A DNA stretch of 64,000 nt from a virus (IMGVR_UViG_3300028837_000518:32001-96000); one strand, 5' to 3'. Counted from the stretch's first letter, positions 18,229 through 28,200 are shown. The notes: generated by a model not told the origin, from the letters alone. Numbers and translations: made by a program.

Positions 18229-18816
18229 TTGGTGATTTTTGTTGCGGCACAAGGAGTTTTGACGACTACTGTGGTAAACACTTCGCCTGTGGATGATACA
18301 GATAAACTTATTCGTCACCTTTATGTAGAGCAAGAACTTAGCTTAGGTACTGTAAGTAAGAACGTGGGTCATAGTAAGTACCAGGTTGAGAAAAGACTTA
18401 CTCGCATGGGGGTAAAAATTCGTAGTCCTGAAGAAGGTGTAAGAATCAGGGAAGAGCGGAAAAAAGAAAGAGTAAAACAAATACTGCGTACAATACCGCA
18501 AGATATTCCCGTTGAGCAACAAGTCAGGTTAATGCACAAAGCATCTCTGTCGAGAACGATTATTAGTCAACACTCAGGCTTAAGTACCCACTACGTTCAT
18601 AAAATCATTAACAATATTAATGGTTATATTCCAGCCGATGATGACCGACAACGCTGCAAACACTGCACTATTATTCTGGCAGAGTGTGATGATATAGTTC
18701 GTGAGCACGAGCGCGATGGTTATTGTGGGTATTGTGTTAGCGAAGGTATTCCCGAGAGAGTTCTGGCCAAGGAGGATACATGGACCCCCAACAGATCACT
18801 GAACCACAACAGATAG
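18229..18816 (+). CDS. HTH plus zinc-ribbon protein (paralog of 41340-41648)
   Basis: RCKHCTIILAEC..ERDGYCG vs RCRSCGIILEEC..ERDGLCG. Confidence 0.55.
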   Translation: MVIFVAAQGVLTTTVVNTSPVDDTDKLIRHLYVEQELSLGTVSKNVGHSKYQVEKRLTRMGVKIRSPEEGVRIREERKKERVKQILRTIPQDIPVEQQVRLMHKASLSRTIISQHSGLSTHYVHKIINNINGYIPADDDRQRCKHCTIILAECDDIVREHERDGYCGYCVSEGIPERVLAKEDTWTPNRSLNHNR

Positions 18817-18835
18817 ATAAAGGGAGATAGAATAG

Positions 18836-19462
18836 ATGCATCATTGGGGACAAGAAGGTGTTGAGTTACCAGTACCGGCGACTAAGCTGGTTAGTGCCGA
18901 GGCCAGTACACCAAAACTGACTGTAGAAACAGTAGATAATCACGTGTACTTTTATGCTACTGTTAACAGTGATCGCTGTTTAGCCTTAGTTCGTACCATT
19001 CGCGAACTTGATGGAAAACTTAGGAACGAACATGCCTCACGTGCATTGCCGGCAGAGCACCCATTAACACCTATTTGGTTGCATGTGAATAGCGATGGGG
19101 GCAGTGTGTTTGACGCGCTTGGTGTTGCCGATCAACTGAAAAGTATTAAGACACCAATATTCTCTGTAGTAGAGGGGTGTGCAGCAAGCTCTGCGACTCT
19201 CCTCAGTGTCCCTTGTACGAAGCGGTTTATTACTTCATCTTCTTTCATGCTTATTCATCAAGTTTCCAGCATTATGTGGGGAACATACGAGCAGTTTAAA
19301 GATCAGATGAAGGTACTTGACATGATCATGCGTCAACTTGTCAACTTTTACTCGACTCACACAAAGCTGGAGCCATTAAAGCTCGAGGAGCTTCTCAAGC
19401 GTGATTCGTGGTTTGCCGCACAGCAATGTGTGGATATAGGGTTAGTGGACGCTATTCTATAG
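18836..19462 (+). CDS. ClpP-family serine protease
   Basis: VNSDGGSV, CAASSAT (Ser), FMLIHQ (His), RDSWF..GLVDAI. Confidence 0.88.
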   Translation: MHHWGQEGVELPVPATKLVSAEASTPKLTVETVDNHVYFYATVNSDRCLALVRTIRELDGKLRNEHASRALPAEHPLTPIWLHVNSDGGSVFDALGVADQLKSIKTPIFSVVEGCAASSATLLSVPCTKRFITSSSFMLIHQVSSIMWGTYEQFKDQMKVLDMIMRQLVNFYSTHTKLEPLKLEELLKRDSWFAAQQCVDIGLVDAIL

Positions 19463-19473
19463 GAGGCGTAAAA

Positions 19474-19647
19474 ATGGGTAGATACAGTGTGAAACCGAAA
19501 GATAGTGATATTGACGACGTTCTAAATATCTGTACTGAGCGTGCGAACTCGGGAAATTCGCCGCTTTGGGGTATGACTTATGAGGAAGGTGTAGAGGCGG
19601 GAATTAGGTGGGTTCTTGGTCAAACTGATGATTCTCCACTAGATTAA
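19474..19647 (+). CDS. small hypothetical protein (paralog of 29806-29994)
   Basis: MTYEEGVEAGIRWVLG vs MTYEQGVDAALRWVIG. Confidence 0.65.
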   Translation: MGRYSVKPKDSDIDDVLNICTERANSGNSPLWGMTYEEGVEAGIRWVLGQTDDSPLD

Positions 19648-19660
19648 ATAAAGGAGAGAA

Positions 19661-19996
19661 ATGAGTAAGGCAGGTACTTATCTTTGCGGCGTACCATTCG
19701 AGCACTGTATGGCTCCAATGAAAGATTGTTCCGCGTCTCTTCGTGATAGGCATTATCGAACTGGTGCGCTTAAAGCGCACTCATCTCGCGACGAATCATT
19801 CCGATGCTGTGTTCACTACCTAACTAAAGTGTTAGGATACAAGCGAGTAGGTGGTCGTGAGTTCTCTCCTCCAGACGGTGGACCAATTAGGGTGCTGACT
19901 AAAAAGATACGGTTCGGTGGACGCCTGCGTGGTGGCAAACAAGAAAGAGCAATGCCGTCAGGAATACATACTGGCGGAATGGTCTTTTCAGCCTAG
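19661..19996 (+). CDS. basic hypothetical protein
   Basis: AAGGAG RBS. Confidence 0.6.
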   Translation: MSKAGTYLCGVPFEHCMAPMKDCSASLRDRHYRTGALKAHSSRDESFRCCVHYLTKVLGYKRVGGREFSPPDGGPIRVLTKKIRFGGRLRGGKQERAMPSGIHTGGMVFSA

Positions 19997-20024
19997 TGAC
20001 TTGGTTAGCCCAGGAGGCTGGCTA

Positions 20025-20480
20025 GTGAATGTTGAGCGCGTAAACCCTTATGACTTAAATGCAATAGCAGAGGTGAATCTCGCACGCCGACAATCACGTT
20101 CTCGAAACCCAAATCCATACAGTCTTGACGGTGAAAGAAACCTTCTCTATACTGCAGGAAAGAGTACAATGCTTACTCAGACGAATGATGCGCTAAACCG
20201 CTGGGCAGCCCAAGTGGTAGAAGAGTCCCAAGAAACCTGTGATTCAGAGGGGCTAGAGCCACTCGACTACGTTTGTGATGCTAACGCTTGTCTGCAATTA
20301 ATGAAAAAGGTGGGTGAACGTGGACGGCTTTGGTGGGAGTCAATATGTCAGCGATGGATATACGAGCTACTAGATACAGTAATAGGTACAATTTGGTTTC
20401 ATTCATCTGAACAAGAACCTGGTCGTTGCGTTATCGAGGCGCTGATGTATATAAAAGGTGATACTGATGATGATGGCTGA
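20025..20480 (+). CDS. hypothetical protein, LNRWAA/EPGRC family (ABA-sandwich-like)
   Basis: shared motifs with the next gene. Confidence 0.55.
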   Translation: MNVERVNPYDLNAIAEVNLARRQSRSRNPNPYSLDGERNLLYTAGKSTMLTQTNDALNRWAAQVVEESQETCDSEGLEPLDYVCDANACLQLMKKVGERGRLWWESICQRWIYELLDTVIGTIWFHSSEQEPGRCVIEALMYIKGDTDDDG

Positions 20481-21000
20481 GCTACCTTGTTCTATGAACT
20501 CTCTCTCGGATGAACAAAGATATGAAGATGCCGTGCGACGGGATGCTATTGAACTCGAAGGCGAAATGTTACTAACTGCAGAGCTGTCGGGAATGAGTGC
20601 TGCTGACGCAGCAAAGTTTGCAATGCAATTAGTTGGTTCAGCAAGTGGCGAAACACCTGGCAAAACTAACGCACAACTGAACCGCTGGGCGGCGGAGCTG
20701 GTGGGGTGGAAAGAGGCATGGCGTGGTTTGTGGTTTTGGCCTGGCACATCGTCACGAGAACAACATGAGCCCATAGAGCCTCCCGACCCCGTCTACGACC
20801 TCGGTGCCTGCCCGCCGCTGTTCCAGATGCTGGGTACGCAAGCCCGCTTTTGGTGGGACGAGGAGGAGGAGACTTGGATATGTGATGTAGACGGTATGCC
20901 ACACAAGCCCTATGGTATATTCTATTCCCCCGAGTCCGAGCCTGGCCGCTGCATCGTCGAGGCGGCGATGTATGTGTTTGGGAAGAAGAGCGATGAGTGA
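20467..21000 (+). CDS. hypothetical protein, LNRWAA/EPGRC family
   Basis: TNAQLNRWAA..EPGRCIVEA. Confidence 0.6.
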   Translation: MMMAELPCSMNSLSDEQRYEDAVRRDAIELEGEMLLTAELSGMSAADAAKFAMQLVGSASGETPGKTNAQLNRWAAELVGWKEAWRGLWFWPGTSSREQHEPIEPPDPVYDLGACPPLFQMLGTQARFWWDEEEETWICDVDGMPHKPYGIFYSPESEPGRCIVEAAMYVFGKKSDE

Positions 21001-21163
21001 GACATTCCACACTTTCGAGGAGTACCGACAACGCTTCTTTCCAGAGGAGTGCGAGCAGGAACGCTGAGAGAAGCTGACCGTGGAGGAGCGGGTGCGTGAG
21101 TGGGCGGAGAAGCACGCCGCCAGGATATTCGGGAAGGAGCGCGATGAAGCCGCTGACGGATGA
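20993..21163 (+). pseudogene. small ORF with in-frame TGA at 21065
   Basis: MSETFHTFEEYRQRFFPEECEQER*EKLTVEERVREWAEKHAARIFGKE. Confidence 0.45.
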
Positions 21164-21434
21164 GAACGAATTAGACGAGTTGGAAACCTACCAGTTACGC
21201 CAGTTAGATGATTGGGAAGTCAAGGAGCTTCGGACATACCTCATCCGCGCCGTGGCGACGATTCGGGCGCTGAAGTCGCAACTCGATGAAATGGCTGAGG
21301 CGGCAATCAGATTGGCAAATGCGCTTTGGGAAGTCGGCGCAACCCATCTGCTTACCAATTACGATGACTACGTTGCTCTCGCCGAATCCACGAGAGCGCG
21401 GCTGGAGAAGCTGATGGAGGGAAGCGATGATTGA
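21144..21434 (+). CDS. hypothetical helical protein (RAVATIR family)
   Basis: AAGGAG RBS; shares a 21-bp repeat with 21839-22228. Confidence 0.6.
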   Translation: MKPLTDENELDELETYQLRQLDDWEVKELRTYLIRAVATIRALKSQLDEMAEAAIRLANALWEVGATHLLTNYDDYVALAESTRARLEKLMEGSDD

Positions 21435-21858
21435 CGACGCGACGCTGGCCAAGCTGGAGGAAGTCGAAAAGAAGGCGACGGATGGGCCGTGGGATTATGA
21501 TGGTCAGCACAACGAGATCATCGCGCCCACGACCGACGCTGAACAATACTGGCTCATCGTATCTGAGTGCCGGAGTGCTCCTGACCAAACCGCTGAACGA
21601 GATCGCTGGGGACACCACTACGACGCGAACTATGATCTCATAGTCCGCAGCCGCAACGCCATGCCCGACCTCCTGGAGACGATTCGGGTGCTGAGGGCGG
21701 CGCTGGAAAATGTAGCAATAGGTTGCGATGAGGCGTTGAAGAACCTGAGAAAAGGGAATCTCACTGACGTTGGTCGGAACCTGGCAGCGACGCAAACCAT
21801 CTTACGCGCCGCCCTTCAGGAAGAGGAGGCAGAGCGTAGTGAACCTACTGACGGATGA
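21427..21858 (+). CDS. Ead/Ea22-like phage protein
   Basis: LEEVEKKATDGPW..ANYDLIVRSRNAMPDLL. Confidence 0.65.
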   Translation: MIDDATLAKLEEVEKKATDGPWDYDGQHNEIIAPTTDAEQYWLIVSECRSAPDQTAERDRWGHHYDANYDLIVRSRNAMPDLLETIRVLRAALENVAIGCDEALKNLRKGNLTDVGRNLAATQTILRAALQEEEAERSEPTDG

Positions 21859-22228
21859 GAAGGAGCTGGCCGAGATCGAGGCGCTGTGCGAGGCGGCAAC
21901 GCCGGGTCCGTGGGTGATTGGCATTCAGATAGCTGCCCGAAGCTGGCCCGTCTTCTCGTTGCGAGACATGGAGACTGCTACTGAAGATGAGGCGCGGCGA
22001 GACGCAGCATTGATTGAACGCTGCCGCACCGACTTTCCTCGCGCCGTGGCGACGATTCGGAAGTTGACGGCGGCGCTGGAGCGACTCACAAAACTGGCCT
22101 CAGAGAGTTTGCCAGTAGCTCAAGGAGGGGTCTCTGCCCGCCTAGATTGGGAGCTAGGAGTTGATGCTGGTCGCTACGAGGCTGCCGAGATTGCGCAAAC
22201 CGTCCTTCGCAGCGAGGAGGCCCCATGA
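21839..22228 (+). CDS. Ead/Ea22-like phage protein
   Basis: IEALCEAATPGPW..DAALIERCR. Confidence 0.65.
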   Translation: MNLLTDEKELAEIEALCEAATPGPWVIGIQIAARSWPVFSLRDMETATEDEARRDAALIERCRTDFPRAVATIRKLTAALERLTKLASESLPVAQGGVSARLDWELGVDAGRYEAAEIAQTVLRSEEAP

Positions 22229-22611
22229 GCCACGAATACAAACCTGGCAGCCCTTACGGTAGACCAGTTGATCCTAAGCGATGCAAAGCATCCGTTTCCG
22301 AGAGTGGACGCTCACTATGGTATAACCAGTGTAGCCGCAAGCCCTGGAAGGATGGCTGGTGCAAGCAACACCACCCCGATACTACAGCGGCACGGCGGGC
22401 GCAGGCCCAAGAGCGCTATGAGACAAAGCACCGAAACAGCCCATCAGTACAACTGCGGCGAGCCAATGCAGAGATTGTTCAACTGAAGGAACGTGTAGCG
22501 GAGTTGGAACAAATACATAATGTTCCTTCAAACTGCCGTGTGATGATTGTGCCACTTGGAGGCCATGATGTTGAAGAGTTCTATAAGGAGGATACCTCGT
22601 GCCTGAATTGA
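22225..22611 (+). CDS. hypothetical Cys/His zinc-finger protein
   Basis: RCKA..QCSRK..WCKQHHP. Confidence 0.6.
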   Translation: MSHEYKPGSPYGRPVDPKRCKASVSESGRSLWYNQCSRKPWKDGWCKQHHPDTTAARRAQAQERYETKHRNSPSVQLRRANAEIVQLKERVAELEQIHNVPSNCRVMIVPLGGHDVEEFYKEDTSCLN

Positions 22612-22808
22612 CCGATACAGAACTACTCACTCTAGCAATAAATGTGCTAGAGGGAACACAGATGGCAGTATCGCCGCAATCAACAATAGACCGACTAGAG
22701 CAGTTAGGCTGGGTACATTGTCCCTTTTGTGGAAACTGGACATCGGACGATGAACTTAGGCTGAGTGGCGAGAACGATGGCTGCAACTGGTGTCTGTAAG
22801 GAGGCCGT

Positions 22809-23249
22809 ATGACCAAGCGAGTGACGTGGGACGAAACAAAAGAGCTTAAGGATCATATTCGTACACTGCGAGCACAAATCTCAGTCTGGCAAGGCATAGA
22901 ACTTATTTGGACTAAGCAGAAGGCAGAGCTACAAGAGGAACTTGCCACTACAGCAGCACGCATTGAAGAGTTGGAATCTGAGGCGGCTGCCATTCGTGGT
23001 TCTCTCGGTGCAGTTGTCTTAGCCGGCTCTATTATTCAGGAAGCTCGGGCCTCAGTTAGGCTCGATAAGAATAAGGATGGGTCATCAGTAACACAATCTG
23101 CATGGGACTTGCCTGAAAAAGAAGATGAGTGGGGTCAGAGTTATGGACGCTGCGATATTTGCGGAACCCCCATTAATATTGTACGCCCGGGGAAGGGACA
23201 ACTAGCATGTGATTGTCAACAAGAGGGTGCCATATGCCCGGACTATTAA
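22809..23249 (+). CDS. coiled-coil plus zinc ribbon hypothetical protein
   Basis: AGGAGG RBS; CDICG. Confidence 0.55.
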   Translation: MTKRVTWDETKELKDHIRTLRAQISVWQGIELIWTKQKAELQEELATTAARIEELESEAAAIRGSLGAVVLAGSIIQEARASVRLDKNKDGSSVTQSAWDLPEKEDEWGQSYGRCDICGTPINIVRPGKGQLACDCQQEGAICPDY

Positions 23250-23575
23250 TGACTCAGGTGAATGTTAGGGATAGGCTAAAGTTTTGGGCTAAACTTCCCT
23301 ACCATCTTCGCCAAGGTACATAGGAACGTTTAAATGCTCTTCATACCGCCGACGTTCTCTATAACCGTGTTACCGCATTTAATGATTGGGCCTGGGAGTA
23401 CCTTCTCAGTACGCGGCGTAGGATGTTTGACCGTAATTACGGTAGGATAGTATGGCGCTGCGTTAGATGTTGGGCATTGGTTGACTGTAACCCAAACCCA
23501 GAATTGCACGCACCTGGATGTTATGTAGGTCGTTTAGAGAGACTGATGGGTAAGGTTTCTAATGCCAGTCCTTAA
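23249..23575 (+). pseudogene. paralog of 24309-24857 with in-frame TAG at 23321
   Basis: ALHTADVLYNRVTAFNDWAWEYL..HAPGCYVGRL vs ALHTALALYERVEAFKEWGREYL..HTPDCLVGRL. Confidence 0.65.
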
Positions 23576-23930
23576 CACAATCAACGCTAAGATAGCATTG
23601 GCGAAGGGGTGGAAAGTTGATATTTTCCCCGCTATTAACCTGCTAACTGGCGAGCGCATCACTAAGGAAGGCAAGCCGGTCCAGCAATGTTTTTGGTATT
23701 CGCCCAGTGGTCAATTTTACGACGAGTATCCTCCCGACTGGGTGGGTACGCTGACGGGAGTAATGGAACTACTGTGGGACTTACTACCCACATGGAGTTT
23801 AGAACGAACAGTTAATGAGTGGGGTCTAGTTGATGGCACTAGGTTGCCACGATAGTTCTTCTATGCACCACACGACAAGTTAGGTGAGTGTGTAGGTAGA
23901 GCCTGGTTAAGTGAATTTGGTGGAGAATAA
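23562..23930 (+). pseudogene. ABA-sandwich-like ORF with in-frame TAG at 23853
   Basis: read-through FFYAPHDKLGECVGRAW aligns with IFYSPESEPGRCIVEAA of 20467-21000 and ends 1 nt before the next ATG. Confidence 0.6.
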
Positions 23931-23931
23931 T

Positions 23932-24312
23932 ATGGTACAACAGAATCCTGTTACGAATGATCGTTCTAGAGATGTTACACCTGTCGCAGAGCAAGAGTTT
24001 GTGAAGGCCATTCGCGAGAGAGAGCAAGTGGGAATAGCAACTTATGGAGTCTCCCTCCAGACTCATAACGGAAGGGATGCTATTCAAGACGCGATGGAGG
24101 AAGTAGTTGATTTGTGGCAGTATATCGTACAGATCAAAATGGAAGCAGCTGACTTAAAACAACAGTTATCAATTGACCGCGACGAGTTGGTTGAACAGAT
24201 TATGGGTGTAGTAAAGGCTATGACACAGGCCCATCCCACACTTATTGATACGACTGCATGGAGAACAATACTTCGGCAGCGTATTGAAGCAATTTGGGAG
24301 AAGGTTCCATGA
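23932..24312 (+). CDS. all-alpha NTP-pyrophosphatase-like phage protein
   Basis: REQVGIATYG..GRDAIQDAMEEVVDLWQY. Confidence 0.55.
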   Translation: MVQQNPVTNDRSRDVTPVAEQEFVKAIREREQVGIATYGVSLQTHNGRDAIQDAMEEVVDLWQYIVQIKMEAADLKQQLSIDRDELVEQIMGVVKAMTQAHPTLIDTTAWRTILRQRIEAIWEKVP

Positions 24313-24857
24313 CCGAGCGAATGATGACGCGGAACGAATTGCATGTGGCATTACTATGCAAGGATGCTCCCCTTACAGAGAGTTTCCTATACCCTGTGAT
24401 GAGCAAAGACGCAGCCCAACTTGCTCTAGCTCGTTACAAGAAAGCACTCCATACTGCCCTCGCCCTCTATGAGCGCGTGGAGGCCTTCAAAGAGTGGGGG
24501 CGGGAGTATCTGGCTATACCTACTAGGAGTGGCGCGGTTATTTCCTCTCTCTACGGATCTCTATTTTGCAGCTTATGTGGCAGTGCCCTTCACAAAGATG
24601 AGCCACACACACCTGACTGCCTCGTGGGACGCCTGAAGGAGATAGTAGAGGAGGTTTCTAATGCCAATTCCTGTAGCGCTGACCGGGGGGTGAAAGGACG
24701 AGATACAAGAACTATTTCTCGGACGCCGGAGGAGCGGCAAAGCCTGCGCGAGTGGATCGACAGTATAATGGGTCCCCGGCGCCGGGCGCGCGAGGAGGAG
24801 AATCGCAGAACGCGGCGACCGAACCCCGGGGTTTTCAATCAACCAATGACATACTAG
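24309..24857 (+). CDS. hypothetical protein with CxxC..H..C motif
   Basis: FCSLCG..HTPDC. Confidence 0.55.
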   Translation: MTERMMTRNELHVALLCKDAPLTESFLYPVMSKDAAQLALARYKKALHTALALYERVEAFKEWGREYLAIPTRSGAVISSLYGSLFCSLCGSALHKDEPHTPDCLVGRLKEIVEEVSNANSCSADRGVKGRDTRTISRTPEERQSLREWIDSIMGPRRRAREEENRRTRRPNPGVFNQPMTY

Positions 24858-26039
24858 CGAGATGGGGAAATGAGCATTAGCGGGGCGCTGGCTGATGCGC
24901 GGCGATATGTGATGATAGCGGCTGATACACTACAATGCTATGTTGATAATTACCGTTCAGCTACTGATCATGGTGTGCCCTGGCGCTACGTTAGAGAAGT
25001 GGCAACGGACCTGTATATCATTACGGAGACCCTTGATGCAAACCCTTAAACGCATTGCCTGGTTCATCGTTCTCGCTTTGTGGATATTAGTACTCATGCT
25101 AATCACAAGTCAATTATTCCTAGCGACGAAATTATAATGAGTACTACTAAGCGCAGTCGACTACTTGAGATTGCTGGAATGCCCACGATTGTAGGGGCAC
25201 AACACACTACATATAGGATAGGCGAGAAGTCTTCCGTTTACTTCCTAGAGCATAATGGTGCGCAAGTATACGAAAGTGTCTGTCGTGCTTATCATATCCT
25301 AGAGCAGGTGAAGGATTGGCTCAAGCGCGGCGTGCCCCTAGAGACTATCCTAGAACTGGTAGAGTTCATGGAATCAGGATGACAAGAGGGGTAAAAGTAA
25401 TGCTAGCACAATTTATTCGGTGGATAGGCTGTACGTCTGGTCTCTTTCACTTACGGTGTCTCTGGAAAGAAGAAGGTATCTATTGTGTAGACTGCGAGTT
25501 TTTTAAGAGCAAGGCAGCGCATCTAGCAGATTTGCACGCAGGCGGTGGGTGGTAAAGGCCGCAAAATGACAATCACTGAGAAATCAGTACTTCTAGGATT
25601 CGCCATAACTTATCGTTTTGAGAATCAAGGATTCAACGAACACGGTAAAAAAGTCTATACACACTCTGCTATCCGTCTTGCGCCACGGATAATTCAGGCA
25701 AATGCGCTACCGAAAGAGTTGGTCGTTTCTATTGCGCGTTTTCTACAAGAGCATATCGAGCAAATAGACGAGTAAGAGGAGGTATAAAGTGTCTATTAGC
25801 TATCTCGTACTCTTAATGATTGGAGCTATTAATAATGGTGTTTAAGCAAGGGAGGTGATGTGGAGTGCCAGACGGTTATCACTATGTTTATAGTCCTAGC
25901 GGTCGAGAATTAGTGCTAGTTGCGGTCGAGGGGTCGATAACGAGCGTATAGACAGAAACTTGACCCTACGGAATGACGCGCTGACCGCAACTTAGACATT
26001 CAATGACAGGCTATTCGACTCAGCCACAAGGTAAAAGAA

Positions 26040-26375
26040 ATGCCATTGCCGAATACTATTGATCCTGAATGCATAATCCCATGTAGGGCAATGAATCGCC
26101 TACCCGGAATCACAACCGTAGAATCATGTTGTGACCATAACAAACGGGCATTCAAGATATGGTTTGTTGTTGATAACCTAGCAGCCCTACCACCTCTTTT
26201 GTACTGGATTGATTCTTGACATTCCGGCATTCCCGGATGGTCGGTGACCGTTCTAACGGACTGTGCGATGTATCCAACCTTCTTTCGTCTGACTGGCGGC
26301 TTAGGTGAAGTAGCCTATGATGGTGCCAGGCAGATTGCCAAAGCAATAGATGAATACTTAGATACTATTCAATGA
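26040..26375 (+). pseudogene. ORF with in-frame TGA at 26217
   Basis: IDPECI..TTVESCCDH..WIDS*HSGIPGW continues 52 codons to a stop just before the next RBS. Confidence 0.55.
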
Positions 26376-26387
26376 TGGGAGGTATTA

Positions 26388-26597
26388 ATGCGTTATCCAG
26401 ATGTTACAGTACCGGTATGTCTGGCCGGGCCAGAGGGCAATGCTATGGCCATTATGGGTTTAGTAGCACAGTCATTGAGACGAGCAGGCGTACCACGAGC
26501 CGAGATAGATGAGTTCTACAAAGATGCAACAAGTGGTGATTACGAGCATTTGCGCGCTGTGTGTGATGAGTGAGTAGATATGGAGTGGGAGTACTAG
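26388..26597 (+). CDS. small phage protein (GNAxAIMG..SGDYxHL); TGA 26571 may truncate a W-V tail
   Basis: GGAGG RBS; recurring phage motif. Confidence 0.6.
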
Positions 26598-26601
26598 AAA
26601 G

Positions 26602-26829
26602 ATGTCAAAGTTTCGCAAGAAACCAGTAGTAGTTGAGGCAGTGCAGTTAACACATCGCGTTGTTATTCGGACCCTTGAGGGTGAAATGGTGGGAGAGCCT
26701 GGGGATTGGCTTATCACTGGCCTTAGAGGTGAGCAATATCCCTGTAAGGATGATATTTTTCAAGCGACGTATGAACCAGTGGGAGAAATAACACCTATAA
26801 CACCCTTTCTTGGGCCTTGTAGGTACTAA
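26602..26829 (+). CDS. conserved phage protein (FRKKPVVVEA..TLEG..PGDW family)
   Basis: YPCKDDIFQATYE. Confidence 0.8.
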   Translation: MSKFRKKPVVVEAVQLTHRVVIRTLEGEMVGEPGDWLITGLRGEQYPCKDDIFQATYEPVGEITPITPFLGPCRY

Positions 26830-26837
26830 GCAATAAC

Positions 26838-26908
26838 GCCGGAGTAGCTTAATGGAAAGCGGTGCTCTTGTAAAGCACAAGTAGTGGGTTCGAATCCCAT
26901 CCTCGGCT
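26838..26908 (+). tRNA. tRNA-Thr(TGT)
   Basis: cloverleaf, anticodon loop CT-TGT-AA; one acceptor mismatch. Confidence 0.85.
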
Positions 26909-26965
26909 CTGGTGCGCTCCGCGTGAGGGGCGCATGGCATGGATCACAGTAGAAAGGAGAGCATC

Positions 26966-27118
26966 ATGGAAAAGCTGTGGACTTGGGTGTCGTGGAAGTT
27001 GCCCAGGAAGCTGGTGTACTGGGCTTCCGTGCGTCTCATGGCTTATGCAACCACGGGTGAGCACGCCAGCAAAGAAGCACCGAAAGTTACTATACTCGAC
27101 GCGCTTCAAGCCTGGTAA
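26966..27118 (+). CDS. 50-aa protein (not in the ORF track)
   Basis: AAAGGAG RBS; MEKLWTWVSWKLPRKLVYWASVRL.. Confidence 0.65.
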   Translation: MEKLWTWVSWKLPRKLVYWASVRLMAYATTGEHASKEAPKVTILDALQAW

Positions 27119-27150
27119 GGCGCACGGCATGACAGCGGGAAAAGACCCGC

Positions 27151-27200
27151 GTGGCTGGATAGGAGGTTATGACGGGCCGTTCGACTCGGCCACCAGCCAT
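27151..27200 (+). ncRNA. tRNA-like mini-RNA (acceptor stem + T arm only)
   Basis: GUGGCUGG/CCAGCCAU plus GGCCG UUCGACU CGGCC. Confidence 0.55.
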
Positions 27201-27212
27201 TGGAGGGAGCAG

Positions 27213-27443
27213 ATGGTTGTGCAATCGTTCGTGGGGGGACTGCCCCCACACATTCGGGCTATTTAGGACAATGCTACGAGACACGAAAACAAAACGCCTT
27301 CACTAGCAATGCTTTTGGAGGAAGTCGCTGAACTTGCAGCCGCGCTTGAAGGGAAGCATGAGCACTCTCCAGAAATCGAACTGGTACAAATTGGTGGTAT
27401 CGCCGCGAACTGGCTAAGGCTTCAGGCGGCGGGGCGAGACTAA
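27213..27443 (+). pseudogene. MazG-like pyrophosphatase with in-frame TAG at 27264
   Basis: GGAGGGAG RBS; LLEEVAELAAAL..ELVQIGGIAANW. Confidence 0.6.
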
Positions 27444-27462
27444 CAAAGAAAGGAGCAAGGAT

Positions 27463-27648
27463 ATGTTCGACCTATGCGCAGAAATGTGGAGAGCTGTCGG
27501 CGGAGAGCCGTCCGTTGTGGTCGCCAGGTTGACGGATGAGGAAGCTCAGCAACTAATCGCTCAATCCGAGCGAGACCTCAAGAGAGACATAGAGAAAATG
27601 CGAGCGAGAGTCGAGCCGACTGCTGAATCCTGGATTCGTCTGTACTGA
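27463..27648 (+). CDS. hypothetical protein
   Basis: AAGGAG RBS. Confidence 0.5.
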   Translation: MFDLCAEMWRAVGGEPSVVVARLTDEEAQQLIAQSERDLKRDIEKMRARVEPTAESWIRLY

Positions 27649-27690
27649 CCTACGGGCGGCGGGGCGCAACATCTAGCGACGGGAGGAATC

Positions 27691-27891
27691 ATGCGCGAAA
27701 TTGCATCTGATGAAATGTATAAAGCTCTGAGTGATCTTCTTGCAGAAGAAAAGGAGACTGAAGAACTACCCGACGATCTAGAAGAAGCAGTCAAACGCAT
27801 CAAGGAGAGCCTTGAGAAACCGGACGTGGAGGCAGTGTTGGTATTTCCTACGTCCCGACGACACTTTCCAATCCCACCACGTAAGTTATAA
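27691..27891 (+). CDS. small acidic protein
   Basis: GGAGG RBS. Confidence 0.55.
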   Translation: MREIASDEMYKALSDLLAEEKETEELPDDLEEAVKRIKESLEKPDVEAVLVFPTSRRHFPIPPRKL

Positions 27892-28200
27892 TGTGTGCTA
27901 CAGCAACACGCAACCGAACCGGAGGATAGGTGTGGAAAGCCGATAGGCTCTCGCTGAGGCAGGGTTTTGACAGGCCACACCATGTGTTGCTTAATCTCTG
28001 ACTACGAGTTTGATTCCGAACCCGGTTATACAATCAGTTAGGAGGGTCGCGTGGGAGCTTGGCTTGTAGTATCTCTTGGGATTATATTGGCGTGCAGGCT
28101 AGTGAAGCTGGTGGTTTGGTTGCGTGGTTTCTCCGAACCATACTCAGGAGCTTGCTAAGGAAACCAAGCAAAGCCCTGATGACATCTCGGAAAGACGAGA

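Noticed and set aside
26040-26375. Selenocysteine recoding of TGA 26217
   Set aside because: No clear SECIS hairpin downstream and no Sec machinery in the window; simpler as one of the many nonsense changes.
26934-27266. 110-aa ORF from the track
   Set aside because: It overlaps a better 50-aa ORF with a strong RBS, the tRNA-like element and the start of the MazG-like gene.
28176-28200. Hammerhead ribozyme at CTGATGA..GAAA
   Set aside because: No stem II between CUGAUGA and GAAA, and no stem I/III with a cleavage triplet could be built.
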